DNA of 60,163 bases, filler included. It is 5 parts of 5 records of this genome, joined end to end, with 100 filler letters (N's around TTAATTAATTAA, not from the genome) between each part and the next. Parts side by side here need not be neighbours in the genome. Positions count along the whole stretch, not along the records: positions 1 to 19,415 come from DRR723986_14711; positions 19,516 to 31,303 come from DRR723986_14712; 3 more parts are not named here. One strand, given 5' to 3'. The position numbers were made by a program, and so were the translations under genes. Shown in pieces: positions 11,061 to 22,288 of the stretch. Under the pieces are notes generated by a model. That model saw nothing but the letters and a program-made list of their open reading frames with translations, was not told the origin of the DNA and did no database searches. The stretch's first letter is position 1; every line of letters starts with the position of its first letter.

Positions 11061-11363
11061 ATGCCACCGGTATTATTGATCTTGATCGGTTGCTTTGCGG
11101 CTTACGTGCTTTTCAAAGCAATGCAGCCACCATGGATGCTGACCATCACCGCGTCGCCAGGACAGCAGCCAAAGTTTCGTGGCGGGCCAGCGTCTAAATT
11201 TGCGCTACTGAGTGAGTTCTTTAGTCAAGATGTGGAGCTGACTGAGCCAGTGACCGTGCGAGTCGGTCGAACAGCGCAGGGACGTTTGATCATTCGTGTC
11301 TCGGGCAACCTGCATCGCGGAACTCAGCAGAGAATTCGCAATTTTCTCCTAGAGCACCTTTGA
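11061..11363 (+). CDS. Small membrane-anchored protein, DUF3634-like
   Basis: N-terminal TM helix and C-terminal QQRIRN motif recalled for this family; GAGAGGG RBS. Confidence 0.6.
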   Translation: MPPVLLILIGCFAAYVLFKAMQPPWMLTITASPGQQPKFRGGPASKFALLSEFFSQDVELTEPVTVRVGRTAQGRLIIRVSGNLHRGTQQRIRNFLLEHL

Positions 11364-11690
11364 CTTGAGAGGCTTCGACCTGAAAGAGTCTTTGAATCCG
11401 TCTAGTGGAAAATCGTATGGAAAAAAGGTCCAGGACACGCGAAATCCCGCCGCTCATCGAGCGGAGATCTATGCGGTCCGAGATCAAGTGTTGCGTCAGC
11501 GAGCTGAGCTCAAGCAGGCTAAATAGCAGTTGCTAGCCTTGTGGTGAGCTGATCTCGATTCTTGAACCAGGTTTTGGTAGTCGATAGTGTGGCGTCGTCC
11601 GCTGACCGCTCAGGGCCGACGCTGCACGTTGCCAGAGCTCCCTCAGCGGAGCACCGTTCACAGAATCGAACACCGTCTCTGGAGATACAG

Positions 11691-12254
11691 ATGAACCGAC
11701 TCCGCACCTCACTTTTTGCGTCGATTGCAATATGCCTGGTATCCGCAACCGCCTTCGCTGACTTGCCTGGTGAAATTAAGATCAGCGGGAACACGCTCAA
11801 GCTAAACGGTGCTGGAAAGCGGACGAAGACTTTCGTGCAGATCTACGAAAGCGGCCTGTACTTGCAAAAGCCGAGTCGCGATGCAAATGCGATCTTGGAA
11901 GCGGACGAATTGATGGCAATCCGCGTTCGGATCACGTCGGGGTTCGTTAGTCGCTCTTCGTTGGTCTCATCGCTTCAAGACAGCCTGAAGAAATCGACTG
12001 GCGGTAAGACTCAGGAGATCGCCAAAGAAACGCAGCAGTTCGTCGCCGCTTTGAAAGAAGAAGTCAAGAAGAACGACATCTATGACTTTGTTCATGTGCC
12101 GAAAAAAGGGCTGTACATCGTCAAGAACGGTAAGGTCAAAGGTGCCATTGCTGGTACCAAGTTTAAGAAAGCGCTCTTTGGTATTTGGCTCTCCGATGCG
12201 CCCGTTGATAAAGGGCTTCGTCAAGCAATGCTATCCGGCGGTACGGTTCGCTAA
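11691..12254 (+). CDS. Secreted chalcone-isomerase-like protein
   Basis: Signal peptide (ATAFA); LKLNGAGKRTK, IYESGLYL, FKKALFGIWL and PVDKGL; GGAGA RBS. Confidence 0.85.
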   Translation: MNRLRTSLFASIAICLVSATAFADLPGEIKISGNTLKLNGAGKRTKTFVQIYESGLYLQKPSRDANAILEADELMAIRVRITSGFVSRSSLVSSLQDSLKKSTGGKTQEIAKETQQFVAALKEEVKKNDIYDFVHVPKKGLYIVKNGKVKGAIAGTKFKKALFGIWLSDAPVDKGLRQAMLSGGTVR

Positions 12255-12341
12255 AGCGATCATTCAACCTCGAAGAGACCAGCGCCGCCAGACTCGGCCG
12301 TCTTTGGCGACCAGCCTTGAGCCAGGTTGTGCGGCGGTAGC

Positions 12342-13748
<1,407 letters not shown>

Positions 13749-13836
13749 GCTTCGCCTACTCCAGGATTGGGTTTCGCCAAAGAATTGATATCTCTGGCGA
13801 CAGTATCATGCCAGTCGGGCATATGGCTGCCCTGTG

Positions 13837-13870
13837 GATCTAACGCACAGTATGATCTAACACACAGTAT
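13837..13870. repeat. Tandem 17-bp direct repeat in divergent intergenic region (candidate operator)
   Basis: GATCTAACGCACAGTAT (13837-13853) followed by GATCTAACACACAGTAT (13854-13870), 16/17 identical. Confidence 0.7.
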
Positions 13871-13962
13871 ATTGCCTGCTGCGGGCGGCAACAGGCTTCG
13901 GCCAGTCGCAATGGTACAGACTCACGTTATTCTCTGCCCCTAACACCATAGACCGACAATCC

Positions 13963-15168
13963 ATGAGCAGTTCTAACACGATCTGGCGTTTTTCAATGGC
14001 CGCTGAAATTCGGTTTGGTCGCGGTTCCAGTTCGGAAATCGCGGCGATACTGTCTCAGCTCGGGCGAAGCAGACCGCTGATTGTTACCGATCCGGTATTG
14101 TTGGAACAATCGGCAATCAAGGACGTAATCGGCAGCTTGCGGGCGTTTGACGTAACGGTTTTCGATGGCGGTCAACCAGAACCCGAAATTGCAGTTGCCG
14201 AACGAGCCGTTGATCGCGGTAGAGCGGCCGGAGTTGATTGTGTAGTTGGAATCGGTGGCGGCAGCAACTTGGATGTCGCCAAGGTAGCTGCGGCTGTGTT
14301 GTCGCATGGCGGCGCGCCTCGAGATTACTTTGGATTCGACGCGATACCGGGTGCGGTGCTGCCCGTCGTTGCGGTACCAACTACGGCGGGAACTGGCAGC
14401 GAAGTTTCTCATTCTGCGGTGTTAACTGACACCGACAATGGCGTGAAGGTGTCCTCGTTATCGCGTTTCTTGCGTCCAGCGTCCGCCGTCGTTGATCCGA
14501 GCCTGACAGATTCTTGTCCAGCATCGGTAACAGGGCAAAGCGGCATTGATGCGCTTGTTCATGCGATCGAGGCCTACACCAATCGAGACTACACCGAGAT
14601 GGTTGACGTCGATCCGCAAGCTCGGGCGTATCAAGGTGCTTTCCCGCTCACTGGGGCATTGGCCGAGCAAGCCATTAGGTTGATCGGCGAGAATTTGGTC
14701 ACGGCGACCATTGAGCCTACGGAGGCTGCACGTGACGCGATGGCTGAAGCGGCAATGTTGGCGGGACTGGCGTTTTCCAATAGCGGTGTAGGGATCATCC
14801 ATGCACTGGAGTATCCGATTGGCGCACTCACGCACTGCGGACACGGGGAAGGCAACGGCCTCTTGCTCCCACACGTGATGCGATACAACCTGAAGCATCG
14901 TGAAGAGCGATTCGCCAGCATTGCAAGATTGCTCGGCCTGCAGGGAGATGGCAGCAGTCAATCGGAACTTGCCAAGTTGTCAATTGAGCGTGTTGAAAGC
15001 TTGCAACGCGAAATAGGCTTGAAGACCAAGCTTCGCCAATTTGGACTCGTGCGAAGCAGCATCCCGTCCGTCGCCGCCAAAGCGTTTGAAATCAAACGCC
15101 TCATGCAACTCAACGCACGCAGCCCAACACAATCCGATCTCGAATCAATCCTCGAATCGGCGTACTAG
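13963..15168 (+). CDS. Iron-containing alcohol dehydrogenase family (HOT/4HbD/FucO-like)
   Basis: GIGGGSNLDVAK, PTTAGTGSE, GIDALVHAIE, HALEYP and HGEGN metal ligands. Confidence 0.9.
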   Translation: MSSSNTIWRFSMAAEIRFGRGSSSEIAAILSQLGRSRPLIVTDPVLLEQSAIKDVIGSLRAFDVTVFDGGQPEPEIAVAERAVDRGRAAGVDCVVGIGGGSNLDVAKVAAAVLSHGGAPRDYFGFDAIPGAVLPVVAVPTTAGTGSEVSHSAVLTDTDNGVKVSSLSRFLRPASAVVDPSLTDSCPASVTGQSGIDALVHAIEAYTNRDYTEMVDVDPQARAYQGAFPLTGALAEQAIRLIGENLVTATIEPTEAARDAMAEAAMLAGLAFSNSGVGIIHALEYPIGALTHCGHGEGNGLLLPHVMRYNLKHREERFASIARLLGLQGDGSSQSELAKLSIERVESLQREIGLKTKLRQFGLVRSSIPSVAAKAFEIKRLMQLNARSPTQSDLESILESAY

Positions 15169-15170
15169 AT

Positions 15171-16733
15171 TTAGACCGCGCTGGCGAGGGCGGGGAACGC
15201 GGTGGGGTCGGCAGACTGGGAACCGTGATCCATGAATGCGGTGTCCAGTCCGAGGGTTGGGATGAGTTGGCGACAAGTAATGCGTGACGATTCATAAATC
15301 ACGGGCAGGCCACTGCCCGGATGTGTGCCTCCGCCAACCAAGTAAACGCCGTCCAGATCCTCAAAGCGATTGTGAGGTCGCATGTGCAACATCTGAGTCA
15401 AATTGTGCGCTAGATTGAATGTCGCCCCTCGATATAAACCGAAATCTTGCTCCCAAAGACGCGGTGTAATGATGCGTTCACAAACGATGCGGTCTTCTAG
15501 ATCGTGCAGGCCCTCTTCGGCTAAACGATCAAGGGTCAAACGCCTGTAATTGGCAACTTGCTGCTCCGTCCAATCAACGTTCGGGTGAGCATGCGGCACA
15601 GGTACGAGAACGTACAATGCTGAGTGGCCTTCAGGTGCTAGCGTCGGATCAGTGATGCTGGCGTTCTGAACGTAGAAACTCGGGTGGTCGGGCAGCACGA
15701 AGTCGTCTTCGATTTGCTGCAAGTTTCGAGTGTAGTCCTTTGCAATGTGGATCGTATGATGCGCCCAGTCGGGACACTGCCCCTTAACGCCGAGGTACAT
15801 CATAAACGTCGAGCAAGAGAATTTCTTCTTGCTGATTCGCTCATTCGTCCATTTACGTCGTAGCTCGTTTGGAACAAGGCGTTCCATCGCCTGAGCAAAG
15901 TCGGCATTGATGATTACGGCGTCGGCATCAAAATCTTGGGATTCAGTCCGCACCGCCGTCGGACGCTTCCCGTCGAACTTGAAACCGGTCACCGCGCAGT
16001 CGGTCAGAATCTCTACTCCCATCGACCGAGCGAGTTCGGCCATCTTCTGACTAACCGCCCCACAACCGCCGATGGGATGGAAGACGCCGTGCTCATATTC
16101 AAGATAGGAGAGTATCGAGAAAAGGCTTGGGCACTTGAACGGAGACATTCCGAGATACTTCGACTGAAACGAAAATGCAATCGACAGTCGAGGATCCTTG
16201 AAGTAGCTCGACAGTTCATCGCCAAGTGACTTCCAAGGTTTTACTTTCGAAGCTGCAGCCAGTAACGATGGATTCAGAAGGTCCCGCCAACTGTTGAAGG
16301 GTGATTCGAGGATTGGACGGAACCGGGCAAGTTTGTCGCGATTGTCGTTGATATAGCGGCGTATTGAACCGGAGTCGGCTGGGCTGAGCGCGGAAATCTG
16401 TTCTTCCATTTTCGCCATGTCGCTGGTGGCGTCGATTTGCCCGCCCGCTCCGAAAGTGATTCGGTACTGCGGATCAAGACGCTTCATCGGAACTTCGTCT
16501 CGTAGGTTCAAGCCTACTGATGCGAAGATCTCGTTCAGGACTCTTGGATACAGAAAGAACGTTGGCCCAATATCAAACTTAAATCCCTCAAGTTCAAAGG
16601 TCGCGGTGCGTCCTCCGACCCACGATTGTTTCTCGAGGACCGTGACATCCGCTCCGGCCTCAGCCATCTGCATCGCCGAAGCAAGTCCACCAGGGCCAGC
16701 ACCAACGATTACGACCTTTGGTTTGTTCGGCAT
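15171..16733 (-). CDS. Phytoene/diapophytoene desaturase (CrtI/CrtN family)
   Basis: IVGAGPGGL FAD motif, FDIGPT, YLGMSP, SFYVQNASITDPTLAP and GGGTHPGSGLP. Confidence 0.88.
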   Translation of the reverse strand: MPNKPKVVIVGAGPGGLASAMQMAEAGADVTVLEKQSWVGGRTATFELEGFKFDIGPTFFLYPRVLNEIFASVGLNLRDEVPMKRLDPQYRITFGAGGQIDATSDMAKMEEQISALSPADSGSIRRYINDNRDKLARFRPILESPFNSWRDLLNPSLLAAASKVKPWKSLGDELSSYFKDPRLSIAFSFQSKYLGMSPFKCPSLFSILSYLEYEHGVFHPIGGCGAVSQKMAELARSMGVEILTDCAVTGFKFDGKRPTAVRTESQDFDADAVIINADFAQAMERLVPNELRRKWTNERISKKKFSCSTFMMYLGVKGQCPDWAHHTIHIAKDYTRNLQQIEDDFVLPDHPSFYVQNASITDPTLAPEGHSALYVLVPVPHAHPNVDWTEQQVANYRRLTLDRLAEEGLHDLEDRIVCERIITPRLWEQDFGLYRGATFNLAHNLTQMLHMRPHNRFEDLDGVYLVGGGTHPGSGLPVIYESSRITCRQLIPTLGLDTAFMDHGSQSADPTAFPALASAV

Positions 16734-16943
16734 TTTGCTCACGTCGTGGATCTTGAGCAGCCTTGAGGGAACAAGCTGCAAAGTAGTTTGAAGTGCGAAT
16801 CCAGGGCGTCTGGACCGAAAATTTCAGTGATCCGATTACGAGACGCTCCGACGCAGTTTATCACGCGGTCAAGCGAACGCTAAGGTGCCAGCAAGGCGGA
16901 TGAGCAATGAATCAGCAGCTCGGACTGTGGCTCTTCTCCGGGA

Positions 16944-18002
16944 CTAGCATCTGGCGGCGTGGGAGGGTGATTCCCTGGTCGCAATTTGACGTCCCACGCG
17001 ATAAAGGGCGTAAAATACGGCGAGTAATCCGATGATCGCGGCCAGCGACAGAAAGACGATGCCAATTGGCAAACGCTGATCGACGAGCATCCAGATGTAC
17101 TGGCCGATGCAAAGAAGCGAAACAAAAATCAGAGTGAAGCGGCGCGGCAGCAGGCTCACGGCAAGAGATCCGAGTGGCGCACCGAATAGCACGACAGGAG
17201 AAGCCGCCAACCAGCAAAGCGCAATTTCTGGATTGATCGCGTAATGCGATGCCAACCCGGCAGCGAACGATAAATACAAAATCGTTCCAACAACACTGGT
17301 GGCAGCCATCAAGATGACCGAGGTAGGGATCGAGATCTTGAGGTCGGCTCGGAACAGTAGAACGAGAGCCACATAGGCCAGCATGTCAATTCCCACTCCG
17401 GTTAAAGCCGATGTCATGCCGCCAAGGAATCCTATGGTCAGAGCGATACGCTTCGAATGCCCCTGAATCTCGCTGTTGACGCCGCGGTAGCTGAGAAACT
17501 CACCTGTCTTGACAAGGTGCAGAATTCCGAAGCTTGCCCAGAGGACGGAAAAGAGAACTTTCACGAAAAGATCGCTGATGAACGGTTCGACGACGATCGC
17601 TGCTAGCGGCAAGCCAATGACCATTCCTACCAGGGCGAACTTCAGGAAAGACCAATCGACTCGCGTACCCCGGGACAGCAAGAAGATTGTCGCCGACGTC
17701 ATGCCGATGGACTGAATCGACAGACCAAAGAGTTTGCCGTCGGAACCAGGGAAATCGAACAATAGCACCAAGACCGGAAAGCCAACTGTTCCTCCACCCA
17801 TCGGCGTACTACCGGCAACGTAGGAGCCGAATGCCATCGACAGAGCAACCGGCCAGCGCTCGGCGACTTGAATCCACGCATCGAACGCAGTCATGGTGCC
17901 CAACCAGACGGTCAAGAAACCGAAAATCCAAACGAGGAACGGTTGCAGCCGGTAACGTGATCGCTGGTTTGACGTGTGCTCGGTCGCTATTCGCTTCGGC
18001 AT
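16944..18002 (-). CDS. Sulfite exporter TauE/SafE family membrane protein
   Basis: GSYVAGSTPMGGGTVGFP, QSIGMTSA, GVGID and PTSVILMA; about 10 hydrophobic segments. Start uncertain. Confidence 0.75.
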   Translation of the reverse strand: MPKRIATEHTSNQRSRYRLQPFLVWIFGFLTVWLGTMTAFDAWIQVAERWPVALSMAFGSYVAGSTPMGGGTVGFPVLVLLFDFPGSDGKLFGLSIQSIGMTSATIFLLSRGTRVDWSFLKFALVGMVIGLPLAAIVVEPFISDLFVKVLFSVLWASFGILHLVKTGEFLSYRGVNSEIQGHSKRIALTIGFLGGMTSALTGVGIDMLAYVALVLLFRADLKISIPTSVILMAATSVVGTILYLSFAAGLASHYAINPEIALCWLAASPVVLFGAPLGSLAVSLLPRRFTLIFVSLLCIGQYIWMLVDQRLPIGIVFLSLAAIIGLLAVFYALYRVGRQIATRESPSHAARC

Positions 18003-18220
18003 ATTTGTAAGCAAACCGGAAATCTAGGCGATGTGGGCACGGGAGTTAGCCTGGTTTTTGAATGCTGAATTGTCATTGGCGGTCAAGAAGCACAGTGCCT
18101 TTGGGTGGATAGTAATTTCCGTTGCTTTGCATCCTCAACTTCCCTACCCTTCGAGACTAGCAATGAAATCCGTGCATTGGTGCCGAATCGCAGCAAACGG
18201 AGAAGTGCAGGAAAATCGAG

Positions 18221-19390
18221 ATGCGCCCAACTCAATCAATCAGGTCCGTAATCCACACCGCCGCTCTGGTCTTGATCGGAAGCGTCATCGCCGAAGGTCA
18301 GGTGGTTGAGGACGCGTCGGCAGTTCCCGGCACTTCGGGCGAACCCCAGGAAACGCAAGGTTCCGAATTAGTCCGGGCCACAGTTGATCATGGCACCCAG
18401 CGGCGCGAGAACAACGAGATCACGCAAGCCGAAGCGGAGTTGCTTGTTCCTACTGCCCTGCAGTTGTCGCCATCAGACATTGGTTCGACGAACGGCGGCG
18501 GAAGTACTCCCGTCAGCGACGAAGTTGAAGGCTTGAGCCTGAGCAATGATGGCGATGCACTCTTATTAGACGATTCCAATACAGTTGTCATCGATCCTGG
18601 CGAGCTAGAGGCTGCGGCGGAGGAGGCACGTGAGAGTATTTGGTTCGGTGATTGGGTGGGGTACAACCCGACCGAGAGTGATATGACGTGGTTGCCCGGC
18701 AGTGGCGATGACTTTGGCATTTTCAGTATGGAGTCCTATCCCAATCTACCGCTCTCAAAGCTAAAAAACGTCTCAACTGGAATGGGATTTCATTTCCTGA
18801 ATGGGCCGGCGGCAACAGACATGCCGCCCCGTTTATTTGATTTTCAGATAGCCTACCATTCTCGCGCCCGACGAACCAAATCGTTCGTGCTCGACTACCG
18901 CATTGGCGTCGGCGCGTTCAGCGATTTTGAAGGCAGTGCACGAAAAGGGATTCGCTTTCCTGGCCATGTGGTCGGATACTATCAGTGGAATCAGCGATGG
19001 ATGAGCGTCCTTGGCATTGAGTTTCTTGACCGCGACGACGTAAGTGTTTTGCCAGTCGTTGGATGGGTCTGCCGGCCACGCGATGATCTGGTTATCCAGG
19101 CGGTTTTTCCGAAGCCACAGATGCAAGTTAGAGTCAGTGACGACAGCTTTCTTTATCTCGCGGCCGAGCTGGGCGGTGGAACCTGGGCTGTGGAACGCGT
19201 GACGGAGCTTGATGACGTCGTGACCTACAGCGATTATCGACTACTATTTGGCATGGCAGACTTGGAAGCGGATAGTGCGTCCAGTGTGGAAGTCGGCTGG
19301 GCGTTTTCTAGATCGCTTGAGTATCGGAGCGGGTTGGGCAACTACCGACCGGATGACGCGTTCATCCTGCGGTTCAGGACGTTGTACTAG
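18221..19390 (+). CDS. Putative outer-membrane beta-barrel protein (DUF6268-like, planctomycete)
   Basis: Signal peptide, acidic disordered N-terminus, alternating aromatic beta-strands, DMPPRLFD, FSDFE, GGGTWAV and a terminal aromatic residue. Confidence 0.65.
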   Translation: MRPTQSIRSVIHTAALVLIGSVIAEGQVVEDASAVPGTSGEPQETQGSELVRATVDHGTQRRENNEITQAEAELLVPTALQLSPSDIGSTNGGGSTPVSDEVEGLSLSNDGDALLLDDSNTVVIDPGELEAAAEEARESIWFGDWVGYNPTESDMTWLPGSGDDFGIFSMESYPNLPLSKLKNVSTGMGFHFLNGPAATDMPPRLFDFQIAYHSRARRTKSFVLDYRIGVGAFSDFEGSARKGIRFPGHVVGYYQWNQRWMSVLGIEFLDRDDVSVLPVVGWVCRPRDDLVIQAVFPKPQMQVRVSDDSFLYLAAELGGGTWAVERVTELDDVVTYSDYRLLFGMADLEADSASSVEVGWAFSRSLEYRSGLGNYRPDDAFILRFRTLY

Positions 19391-19415
19391 AGCGGTTCAA
19401 GGCACGGTGTAGCGT

Positions 19416-19515
19416 NNNNNNNNNNNNNNNNNNNNNNNNNNNNNNNNNNNNNNNNNNNNTTAATTAATTAANNNNNNNNNNNNNNNNNNNNNNNNNNNNN
19501 NNNNNNNNNNNNNNN
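19416..19515. other. Artificial contig spacer
   Basis: N44-TTAATTAATTAA-N44 (stop codons in all six frames). Confidence 0.99.
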
Positions 19516-19523
19516 CGACCTCA

Positions 19524-19546
19524 TAAAAGGGCTCTGACCCCTTTTA
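19524..19546. repeat. Short palindromic REP-like element at contig start
   Basis: TAAAAGGG-CTCTGAC-CCCTTTTA, a perfect 8-bp inverted repeat 8 nt from the contig edge. Confidence 0.5.
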
Positions 19547-19652
19547 CCGCGATTCAGGTGCACTGGCCTCCACGCTGGCTTACGCAATCATGCCCTTGTG
19601 CAGCCTGAAACGAGTTACTCGTGCACAATTGCATAGTCGATACCTCTCGCTG

Positions 19653-20405
19653 TTAGAGGGATTCTGGCAGTTGCCAATCGAATGCTTTCGCCAGCGCTTC
19701 AAAGTCGGCACCGGGCGAGGTCTTGCAGCGCAGTTGTTCACCCGAAACTGGATGCCTGAAGGCCAAGCCCGTGCAGGCAAGCAGCAGGCGGCCACAGCCG
19801 TAGTTGGCGGCGAAAAATCGATTGTGCACGCCCTTACCATGCCTCGCGTCGCCGATGATCGGGTGACCGATATGCTTCATATGCCGCCGCAACTGGTGCT
19901 TGCGCCCGGTTAGAGGTCGCAACTGCACCAGCGAATAACGGCTGCTGGGATAACGGTCGACCGCGTAGGGAATCTCGACCGTATCCAGGCGCTGGAAGTC
20001 AGTGGTCGCCGCGCGCACTGAACGCTCCGTGCTGCGCTCACGGTCATCCGGTTTATCTCGCAAGGGATGCTCTATCCTGCCACTCTCCGGGCAGTAGCCG
20101 CGCACCACGGCGAGATACTCCTTGGCCACCTGCTGTTGCTCGAACTGTCCGGCAAGTGATCTGGCAGCTGTTGAATCAAGCGCAAAAAGCAGCAGGCCCG
20201 AGGTGGGTTTATCCAGGCGATGCACAGGATAGACCCGCTGCCCCAACTGGTCCCGAAGCAACTGCAGCGCGAAGCGGGTTTCATGTCGGTCGATCGCGGT
20301 ACGGTGAACCAGTAAACCTGAAGGCTTGTTGATCACTACAACAGCGTCATCCCGGTAAACGATCGTCAAATCCGGTTCAGGAATCACCGTTACAGCGCCG
20401 GGCAT
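19653..20405 (-). CDS. truC: tRNA pseudouridine(65) synthase (RluA family)
   Basis: INKPSGLLVHR, ETRFALQLLRDQLGQ, catalytic HRLD, SRYSLV and TGRKHQLRRHMKHIGHPIIGD. Confidence 0.9.
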   Translation of the reverse strand: MPGAVTVIPEPDLTIVYRDDAVVVINKPSGLLVHRTAIDRHETRFALQLLRDQLGQRVYPVHRLDKPTSGLLLFALDSTAARSLAGQFEQQQVAKEYLAVVRGYCPESGRIEHPLRDKPDDRERSTERSVRAATTDFQRLDTVEIPYAVDRYPSSRYSLVQLRPLTGRKHQLRRHMKHIGHPIIGDARHGKGVHNRFFAANYGCGRLLLACTGLAFRHPVSGEQLRCKTSPGADFEALAKAFDWQLPESL

Positions 20406-20408
20406 CAA

Positions 20409-21437
20409 TCAGGGCATCTCTACGGGTGACCAGGCCATACCATCGGGTTCCAGACCTACCGGCACGATAACCTGACGTTCGAGTGTTTCAGCATCGTACA
20501 CGCTGATCACATGCGAGTTGGTGTGAGCCACGAACAGCTGTCGCCCGTCGCCGGACAGCAGCACGCCGACCGGGATGGAGCTGTCAGGCAGAGCACTGCC
20601 AAGCATGGTCTCGCGCTCCCGGTCGGGTGCAATATCAAAGTCTATCCGTGCGACTTCCTCGCGGGTTGCAGTACCGAGCACAATCAGTGCATCGCTCCGC
20701 GGTGCCGTCACATAAACGCGGTCACGTGGATCATCCGCCTCGGCACGGATTGGAAATCCCGCCACGGGAATCGTCGCCAGCTTCTCCAGCGACCCGGTAG
20801 CAAAAACGCTGACCGTGTCATCGCCCCGATTGGTCAACCAGAGTTCTTGCGCATTGCCAACGAGCGCGATCCCTTCAGTGCCGGTACCAGAGGCCATATC
20901 GCTGAGTTTCCGCGCTGAATCCAGGTCCAGGGCAGACGCTGTGCCAGAACCAATATTCGCGACAAAGGCCCGGCCTTGTGCTGGCGCAACCGCCAGCATG
21001 TGCGCCACCGCCTGATCAACGGCTATGGTGGCGGTGACCGTGCCTGAATCAACATCTACCAGTAACAGGCTGCTGATCCCCTCGGCGGTGACAGCTGCAC
21101 TGTCGTTATCCAGCCATTCCACGCCGTGGGGCCGCGAATTTTCTGGCAGTTCTATCGTGCTTAGCACCCGGCGTTGGGCAATATCCACCAGGGTGAGCGA
21201 ACGGCCCGGCGCCGCGGAGTTGCCATAGTTTGTAACCAGGGCCCGCGTGCCATCCGGCGACACGGCTACCTCGTGGGGCCCCTCCCCCGTGGGCAATGTG
21301 GCAACGATGTCAAAATCGGGCAACTGCAACAGGCTCAGTGATGCTTCACTCTTGTTAGCCACCAATAACACTGCCGCACTTGCCTGTGCAGCGACCAACG
21401 TCAGCGCCAAGGCCAGCGCAGTCCCCAGTTGCCTCAT
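20409..21437 (-). CDS. Secreted YVTN/YncE-like beta-propeller protein
   Basis: Signal peptide; repeats GEGPHEVAVSPDG..ALVTNY, FVANIG, LWLTNR and PDGMAWS. Confidence 0.8.
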   Translation of the reverse strand: MRQLGTALALALTLVAAQASAAVLLVANKSEASLSLLQLPDFDIVATLPTGEGPHEVAVSPDGTRALVTNYGNSAAPGRSLTLVDIAQRRVLSTIELPENSRPHGVEWLDNDSAAVTAEGISSLLLVDVDSGTVTATIAVDQAVAHMLAVAPAQGRAFVANIGSGTASALDLDSARKLSDMASGTGTEGIALVGNAQELWLTNRGDDTVSVFATGSLEKLATIPVAGFPIRAEADDPRDRVYVTAPRSDALIVLGTATREEVARIDFDIAPDRERETMLGSALPDSSIPVGVLLSGDGRQLFVAHTNSHVISVYDAETLERQVIVPVGLEPDGMAWSPVEMP

Positions 21438-21514
21438 GATCCTGTTCCCATTTGCGAATTGACGGCAATCATACGCTGCCGCCGGCAGCGTAGGTAGGCG
21501 GCCCCGCGCGGATA

Positions 21515-22279
21515 TCAGGGTATGGTAAACCCGCCGTCGAGGGTAATGATTTGCCCGGTCATGATATCCGTGCCCGTTATTACCGAGACAATGCTTCGGG
21601 CAACATCCTCCGGTGAGGCCACCACACTCAGCGGGGCCTGGGCCTCCACCATGGCCTTAACATCGTCCCAGGCATCGCCCCAGCCCTCCTGCGCCCAGCG
21701 ACCGTCTATGAGGCCGGGACAAATGGCGTTCACGCGGATCTTGTGCTCACCCAGGGCCTTGGCGAGGTTACGGGTCATGCTGTTGAGCGCCGCCTTGGAA
21801 CAGCAGTAAGCCATGGAACTGCCATAACTGGTGAGCCCCGCCACGCTGGATGTCATTACCACCTCTCCCCCACCCTGACGGGCGAGTTCCGGCACCGCAG
21901 CCCGGGTCATATAGAACGGCCCCATGAGGTTGGTACCGAGGGTGTCTTCCCATATGGCATCGCTCAGCAGATCCAGCGCCTTGTGCTCTACATACGTCGT
22001 GGTGCCGGCGTTGTTAACCAGGATGTCGAGCCGCCCGAACTCGGCCACTGCCCTGGCGACCAACGCCCGACACTGACTGTCATCACTGACATCCGCCTGC
22101 TGGATCACCGCGTCGCCACCGACAGCCGCCACCCGCCGCGCAGTTTCCTCGGCGCCAGCCAGGGAGTTGGCGTAGTTGATCACCACCTTCGTGCCCAACT
22201 CCGCCAGCTGCACGGCCACCTCCGCACCCACGCCGGAGCTCGATCCGGTAACGATCGCGACTTTTTCACTCGGGTTCAT
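21515..22279 (-). CDS. Short-chain dehydrogenase/reductase
   Basis: TGSSSGVG, NNAG, YCCSK and IRVNAICPG. Confidence 0.92.
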   Translation of the reverse strand: MNPSEKVAIVTGSSSGVGAEVAVQLAELGTKVVINYANSLAGAEETARRVAAVGGDAVIQQADVSDDSQCRALVARAVAEFGRLDILVNNAGTTTYVEHKALDLLSDAIWEDTLGTNLMGPFYMTRAAVPELARQGGGEVVMTSSVAGLTSYGSSMAYCCSKAALNSMTRNLAKALGEHKIRVNAICPGLIDGRWAQEGWGDAWDDVKAMVEAQAPLSVVASPEDVARSIVSVITGTDIMTGQIITLDGGFTIP

Positions 22280-22288
22280 TCAGGGTCC

